DNA from: Eledone cirrhosa
Taxonomy: Eukaryota
Length of the DNA stretch: 64,000 nt
Assembly: GCA_964016885.1 (NCBI GenBank)
Contig: OZ024740.1
Coordinates: forward strand, 345,216,001-345,280,000
Direction: 5' to 3'
The notes below the pieces were generated by a model. It did not search any database, was not told where the DNA came from, and was given only the letters and a program-made list of their open reading frames with translations. The translations under genes were made by a program, and so were the position numbers. The first letter of the stretch is position 1. Each line of letters opens with the position of its first letter. Positions 57,841-64,000 of the stretch are shown one piece after another.

Positions 57841-57841
57841 T
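57103..57841. repeat. Compound triplet microsatellites: (CTA/CTG)n block and oppositely oriented (TAG/TGG/TTG)n block
   Basis: (CTA)n-rich 57103-57395; unique spacer about 57396-57585; (CAG/CAA) then (TAG)n(TGG)n(TTG)n(TGG)n(TAG)n to 57841. Confidence 0.95.
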
Positions 57842-58202
57842 AACGAAGGCAATGAAGGATGGGAAGAAGATGCAGCGTGGAATGAAAAGCATATAAGAAA
57901 GGGAAACATATATTGCACAGAAGAGAGAAGTAGGTGGTGGAGAAAGAAGGAGGGAGAAATAGAGTAGAAAAGGGAGAAGGACAAGAAAAGAAGAAGACAA
58001 ATAATTATAATGATGATTAACATAATAATAATGCTAATAATAATTGTAATAAAGTGAGATGCTTAACAATGAGAACAAGTTCCAGCGAATGGGAGATCAA
58101 TCACGTTGCGATTGGAAAAGTGAAAATGAGAGACTAAAATGAGAAATATGCACAATCTCAGTCAGTCTCTGACAGGCTCTCCCGCCCCTCTCTCTCTGTA
58201 TG

Positions 58203-58267
<65 letters not shown>

Positions 58268-58268
58268 G

Positions 58269-58305
<37 letters not shown>

Positions 58306-58350
58306 ATATATATGAATACACAACACACACACATATATATATATATATAC

Positions 58351-58507
58351 AGGAGAAAGTATGACCCCGAGGGCAGCGCTCAAGCCGTTTCTGGGTCCAG
58401 AAACAGCCGTCGGGGTCATACTTTCTCCTATAACCCACACTACTACCCTAAGTATTGAATACTCTGGTGCCTTATGGTCCATCTGGTTCCTTACCACAAC
58501 TCCTTTG

Positions 58508-58509
<2 letters not shown>
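58351..58509 (-). mobile_element. Hairpin+arm element, variant subfamily copy
   Basis: Inverted repeat aggagaaagtatgaccccga / tcggggtcatactttctcct, then arm taacccacactactaccctaagtattgaatactctggtgccttatggtccatctggttccttaccac. TA repeats on both sides. Confidence 0.85.
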
Positions 58510-58548
<39 letters not shown>

Positions 58549-58889
58549 TATATATAAAGATGTGCGCTAGCAGCCGAAATGTACGCACGATAACGTTATA
58601 TCAGTAGTATATATTCAGAAAGTCTATATATTAAAAATAAGTATATTTATATATGCATTGGTGAAATGTCGGTTACCCACTCTGTCTGTAAACACACAGA
58701 GAGACACAGACATACACAGCACATACACACACCCGTACATACAGACCCACACACAGACCCACACACAGACACACACACACACACACATACATACAGACCC
58801 ACACACAGACACATACACACACACACACGCACACACACATACATACAGACACACACACAGACATACAGAGACACACACACACGCACATG

Positions 58890-58927
<38 letters not shown>

Positions 58928-58948
58928 TACACACAAACATACACACAG

Positions 58949-58980
<32 letters not shown>

Positions 58981-60919
58981 ATACAGGTCCACGTTTGTGT
59001 CTGTGAGGAGAAAAATATATATAGAGAAAAAGAGAGCTAAGCGGTGGAAATGACGTGAGAGCCGGACTGGTCTCATAAAAATTATGTTACGGTCAATTAG
59101 TCTTTTCAATCACTTATTTGGTAGATTGGATTGAAAGAATACGTGACTTTTTTTTTCTTTGATAGTATTATAGATTTTGTTTGGCTTGTCGTTTTCTTCC
59201 ATATTTAATTTACTGTTAGTTTTGCTTTTCCCCCTCATCGTTCAATAGCTGAGTCTTCTTTGTAACAAGACAATAATTAAAAAACAAACAAAACTAATAA
59301 CAGAAAGTACTGTGGCGGGATGAAGAAAAACATCAATGATGAAATAAGAAAATAAAAAGACAAACGCCATTAAAAAGATATGAAGTTAAAACAGACAACA
59401 AAAAGAAAGAAAGAAAATAACAACGGCATCACCAACCATGACAACAAAAATACGAGCAAATATAAAGCCAAACCGCAGGACGAGAAAACAATAAGAAAAA
59501 GAAAAAGAAAACTCGTAAATCAAACAGCATATAAGCACAACTCGCTAGGAATCTACTTTGTCAGTTGGTGAATTAATGATTTTTGTCCGTTTGTCGTTTA
59601 ATTTCTCTCTGCATTTCCCTCAGCTTTCTTCTTATTTATGTCATGTTATGCTATGCTATATTATGGTATGCGTTCTATCTCCCCCACCAATATTTTTTCG
59701 CTACATTATTTACATAATTTAGTCTTTATAAATTGTACTTCTGGCAAATAAAGAAATGATTATCATATATATTATTCATAGTTTGCGAAATACATCAAGA
59801 GTTTCCTTTCTTCAGATGAAATTTGCTATATACTGGAATACACGTATATTAAAATGTTCAAGATTACCAAATGCTGTATGTGACTGCCATAACAATATTT
59901 ACAGATCGTAGTAGCTATTTACTGGAGCGTGACTATGTTTATATTTATAGGTAAACTGTCATTGTCTTTACAGTAATATTTATACATCACACCAATTGTG
60001 CCAGTGCAAATGGAATTATAAACGCATTCCTTAACTGCAACAATGTTTTCTTTTCGTTTTGTTTTACTTAATGGCCGATATATTTCATAAGCTTTTCGAT
60101 TCATTTCTATGCATTATTAAAATTATTTGATATTGCTATGTTAATAATTAATACACAATTGCTATTTTTATCATGAACAAAAATCTGCTAACTGATGGTA
60201 CAGTGGAATAATATTACTTTCTCAGACCGGTGGCGGCTCATATGAGTATCACAATTTATCTTCTTATTGCAGTACAAGTCAGGTGGTTATTCATGTGAGG
60301 ATTAGGACCTCTGTATTAGTGGGTATTAAAGAAGACAGTAGAATAAAGGGAGAGACAAGTGGAGAAGTTGAAAAATGTATAAAAAAACAAAACTAGAGAA
60401 GATAAAATGGCTTAGAAAAGAGGATAAAACTATAAAAAAAAAAAACCAAAGAAAAGAAAAACACGAAATTAAGAAGATAGAAAAGGAAAGGCCCAAAGAA
60501 AAGAAGAAAAAAAGGAAGAAGAAAAATAAGTAACAGGCAAAGAAGGGGATGTTAGATAATGGGAAGAAAAAAAATTTAATTGCTACACTATTGAAAGTAA
60601 GAAATGATACCAAATCTAACCGCAGCTGCTCATTAATACCGTTTGAGAAAAAACTGGTGTGGGGTTGATAGCACAAAATAGCCTTGGTGTGAAATAAAAG
60701 AGGGAAATTCTAAACTGAAGGTTTTGGACTAGAAATATGTGTCGAGCTCATCATTATATATTATCGTGCTCAATGTATGTCTTATTTAAAGACCAACTTA
60801 AATGACAGTGATAAGAGGGTTAATGTCCAATCATAAAAAGATTGTTAACATGTTTGAGGAGATAATCAAGCCAGGATTTGTGAAGATAATGAACAAGCAC
60901 ATAAAAGCACATACATCTA

Positions 60920-61024
<105 letters not shown>

Positions 61025-61041
61025 CTCTCTCTCTCTCACTC

Positions 61042-61081
<40 letters not shown>

Positions 61082-61440
61082 ATTCCGTATGTATATCTGT
61101 GCATATGTATATGATGAACTATCACGTTGAATTCGACTTGAAATGTTGCAGTTATTTAGTTAATGTTTTCAAAGGATCCTTTAGGACAGCGTTTTACTTG
61201 AAATTATTAGTCAAAATCCATATAGCGCTATCCAGGTTTAGTTCATATTTTAATCGGTTAACTTACTTGAATTGTATTTATTTTATACTCACTGAAATGA
61301 TGGCCAATATTATCGATACGGATGATCTTTCAACCCATAATCTAAATGGGCCTAACAAAATATGCAGAGCGTTGGTCTACATTCTACTGAATCATTTCCG
61401 TTCATTAATTTTAATAATAAATGTTGTTACTATTTAAACA

Positions 61441-61940
61441 TGTCCAGCAATTTGAAAGGGAGGGGTAAGTCAATCTAATCGACACCAATGTGTTACTGGT
61501 GTTTCATTTTAGCAGCCTTGGTGGGATTTGAACTCAGCATATGAAATACCGTAACTATATGCCGCAAGCAGGTTGTCTAGCGTTTTACCAATAATTATTT
61601 CTATATTTAGACCAAAGTCAGCAATTCGAAGGCTTTATATTCAAGATCTAGTAAGGAGGAAAGGAAAATCTAACGTAAAGAGACGCAGCTATATGCCATA
61701 AAGCATGTTGTTTGATGCTCTACAGATACAGCCAATCCACCTCCCAGAGGTTTCTGATTGAGGCACAAGGCCAACAATCTGGGGGGGGGGACACTTTATT
61801 TTATCGAAACTGGTACTTTATTTTATCGACCATATAAGGATAAAAAGTAAGTTAACCTCGGTGGAATTTGAACTAAGAACCAAACGGGGTGTAACTATAT
61901 GCTGCAGAACAGGTTGTCAACAATCTACTGGTGCTCCACT
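61441..61940 (-). mobile_element. Cluster of about three head-to-tail copies or fragments of the tRNA-derived SINE
   Basis: Repeated ccagcaatt.., ggtgggatttgaactcag, gtaaggaggaaaggaaaa and ggtactttattttatcgaccatataaggataaaaag..cctcggtggaatttgaact segments. Confidence 0.7.
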
Positions 61941-62241
61941 CCATTGCTTTGATCGTAATAATAAATAATAATAACATAAATATCAACAATATTGCTGAAT
62001 AAATACAATGCCTTTTCTTTTTCCAAATGACAATAATAACGCTAACACAAATATTAGAAAGCAATATGATAAAGTGATTACAATAATATACATCCCCCAT
62101 ACTTATTCATATGTACGTGTTTGTGTTTGTGTGTGTGTATGTTTGTGTGTATGTGTGTGTGTGTTTGATTGTGTATACATGCTAGAAATGCGGAGGGTAG
62201 ATCCCTTCTAAAATAGAATAAAAATATAGGAATGTGCTCAC

Positions 62242-62444
62242 CTGAGAATTTACTGTGTAAGTAGTCATCTTTACAAATGAACTTGTTCTCATCCAGTACA
62301 TATAGTTCTTCTCCCGTTGATAGTTGCTTTCGACAAACCATACATGTGAAACACTTGAGATGGAAGACTTTGCTACGTGCTCTCCGAACCAAATCATTGG
62401 GTGAAATACCCTGTGAACACCCTGCGCATTTTGTGCCGAATCTC
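62242..62444 (-). CDS. Lhx1/5: LIM-homeobox Lhx1/5 (Lim1), internal coding exon encoding LIM domain 2
   Basis: Translates to [67 protein letters not shown], a CxxC..HxxCxxCxxC..CxxD LIM domain closely resembling Lhx1/Lhx5 LIM2. Acceptor tttatgtttacag|G (AG at 62446-62445, phase 2); donor TCAG|gtgagc (GT at 62241-62240, phase 1); length 203 = 1+201+1. Confidence 0.96.
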
Positions 62445-62487
62445 CTGTAAACATAAATAAAAATACATAAATAAAAAGGTCTATAAG

Positions 62488-62880
<393 letters not shown>

Positions 62881-64000
62881 TTTATTGAGATATATTGAGA
62901 GATTGATTGAGTGATATGTAGATGGGTAGAATTTAAAAAAAAAATACAATTACGCAATTACGTCGCATTTGGAATTTAGTGCCTTTATATGGTTAAAGTC
63001 CAGTCGTTAAAATTAGTTGAAAATCAGAATGTTTATCTGTTATATGTATGTATGTAGGTATGTATGTATCTATTTATCTGCTTTAAAGGTTTGAGGTACT
63101 TATGCATTATCAGTAGATCTCTATGCATCAACACCTTGAAATCCTTCAGATGGCCGTAAATATGAAATTTTTACAGACACAGGAAGAGGTTACACATGTT
63201 TAACTTTATGAAACCAGAGGTAATGCATACATAAGTTTGTTTTTTTCCCTGTCCATACAAAACCCAAAGACAGGAAAAAAAAGAAAATAATAATAAAGGA
63301 ACGAATTTAAATAAGAATAAAGTTAAACAATGGGTCTTTTAAAAAAAGAAATCTTAAGAAATGTCATTTATGAAATTACTTTGCAAAGTCTATCAACGCT
63401 TCAACAACAAAACTTCTAGCGGTCCAGAAATACTGGTATATATTGTGACGGTGATTCAGACTAGCGAAGTGATTATTGTTCTCCTTGAATCATTTGTTTT
63501 CAACACATATATATGCCTCCTGAGTTCGTCTATTCATCCTCTCTATCAAAATGTTTGTTTCCTCTCTAATTCGGCCCTCCTTCGATATTTTTCTTTTTAT
63601 TTATGTCACTGACATCCGCTTTATCTCCCTTCTTTTATTTATTTATTAATTTATTTACTTATTTGTTCACTCATTCATTTATTTATTCGTATATTTATTT
63701 GCTTCTATTCATGACGATCTAGTAAGTACATCCCATTTTCTGCCATCACACTCAATCTGCTGTCCTCCAGCATTAGGCACAATCACATATGCTGGCCAGC
63801 AACTAGCCAGCAACTCAACCAAGTGTTTCTTGTTGGATATATATGCACCAGGAAGATAAAATAACATTCAGTAAAGCTATTCATATGTAGATATATTTTT
63901 TGCGAATCATTCTTTCTCCCCACCCTTCTCTCTATCTCACTCCTACCCTATTTCTTTTATCCCGGTTTCTACCCATTCATTTTTGCTAACATCAGGTGAA

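Overview
Eukaryotic, AT-rich, extremely microsatellite-dense DNA, most consistent with an octopus or other coleoid cephalopod genome (inferred from repeat style and SINE family, not proven). The only host gene visible is a LIM-homeobox gene of the Lhx1/5 (Lim1) class on the minus strand. Its LIM2 exon (62242-62444) splices in frame across a 42.4-kb phase-1 intron to an exon encoding an Asn/Ser-rich linker and homeodomain helices 1-2 plus the start of helix 3 (19274-19857). The LIM1 exon and the exon carrying VWFQN were not found and probably lie outside the window. The rest appears intronic and holds decayed RTE, R4/Dong-like, Tx1-like, Penelope-like and Helitron elements, tRNA-derived SINEs, MITEs, a 3.8-kb 35-bp minisatellite and many microsatellites. 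Most short ORFs in the track are microsatellite artefacts. The most interesting signals are: (i) element families that each sit in their own microsatellite type (Tx1-like in GATA, R4/Dong-like in TATG, SINE in TAA-like, hairpin element in TA); (ii) an unclassified short element made of a long hairpin plus a one-sided arm, whose two stem arms co-vary between copies; (iii) a SINE tail matching the loop of the R4/Dong-like 3'UTR stem-loop; (iv) several long fold-back structures in the presumed Lhx1/5 pre-mRNA. Family assignments come from motif recognition by eye and need database confirmation.
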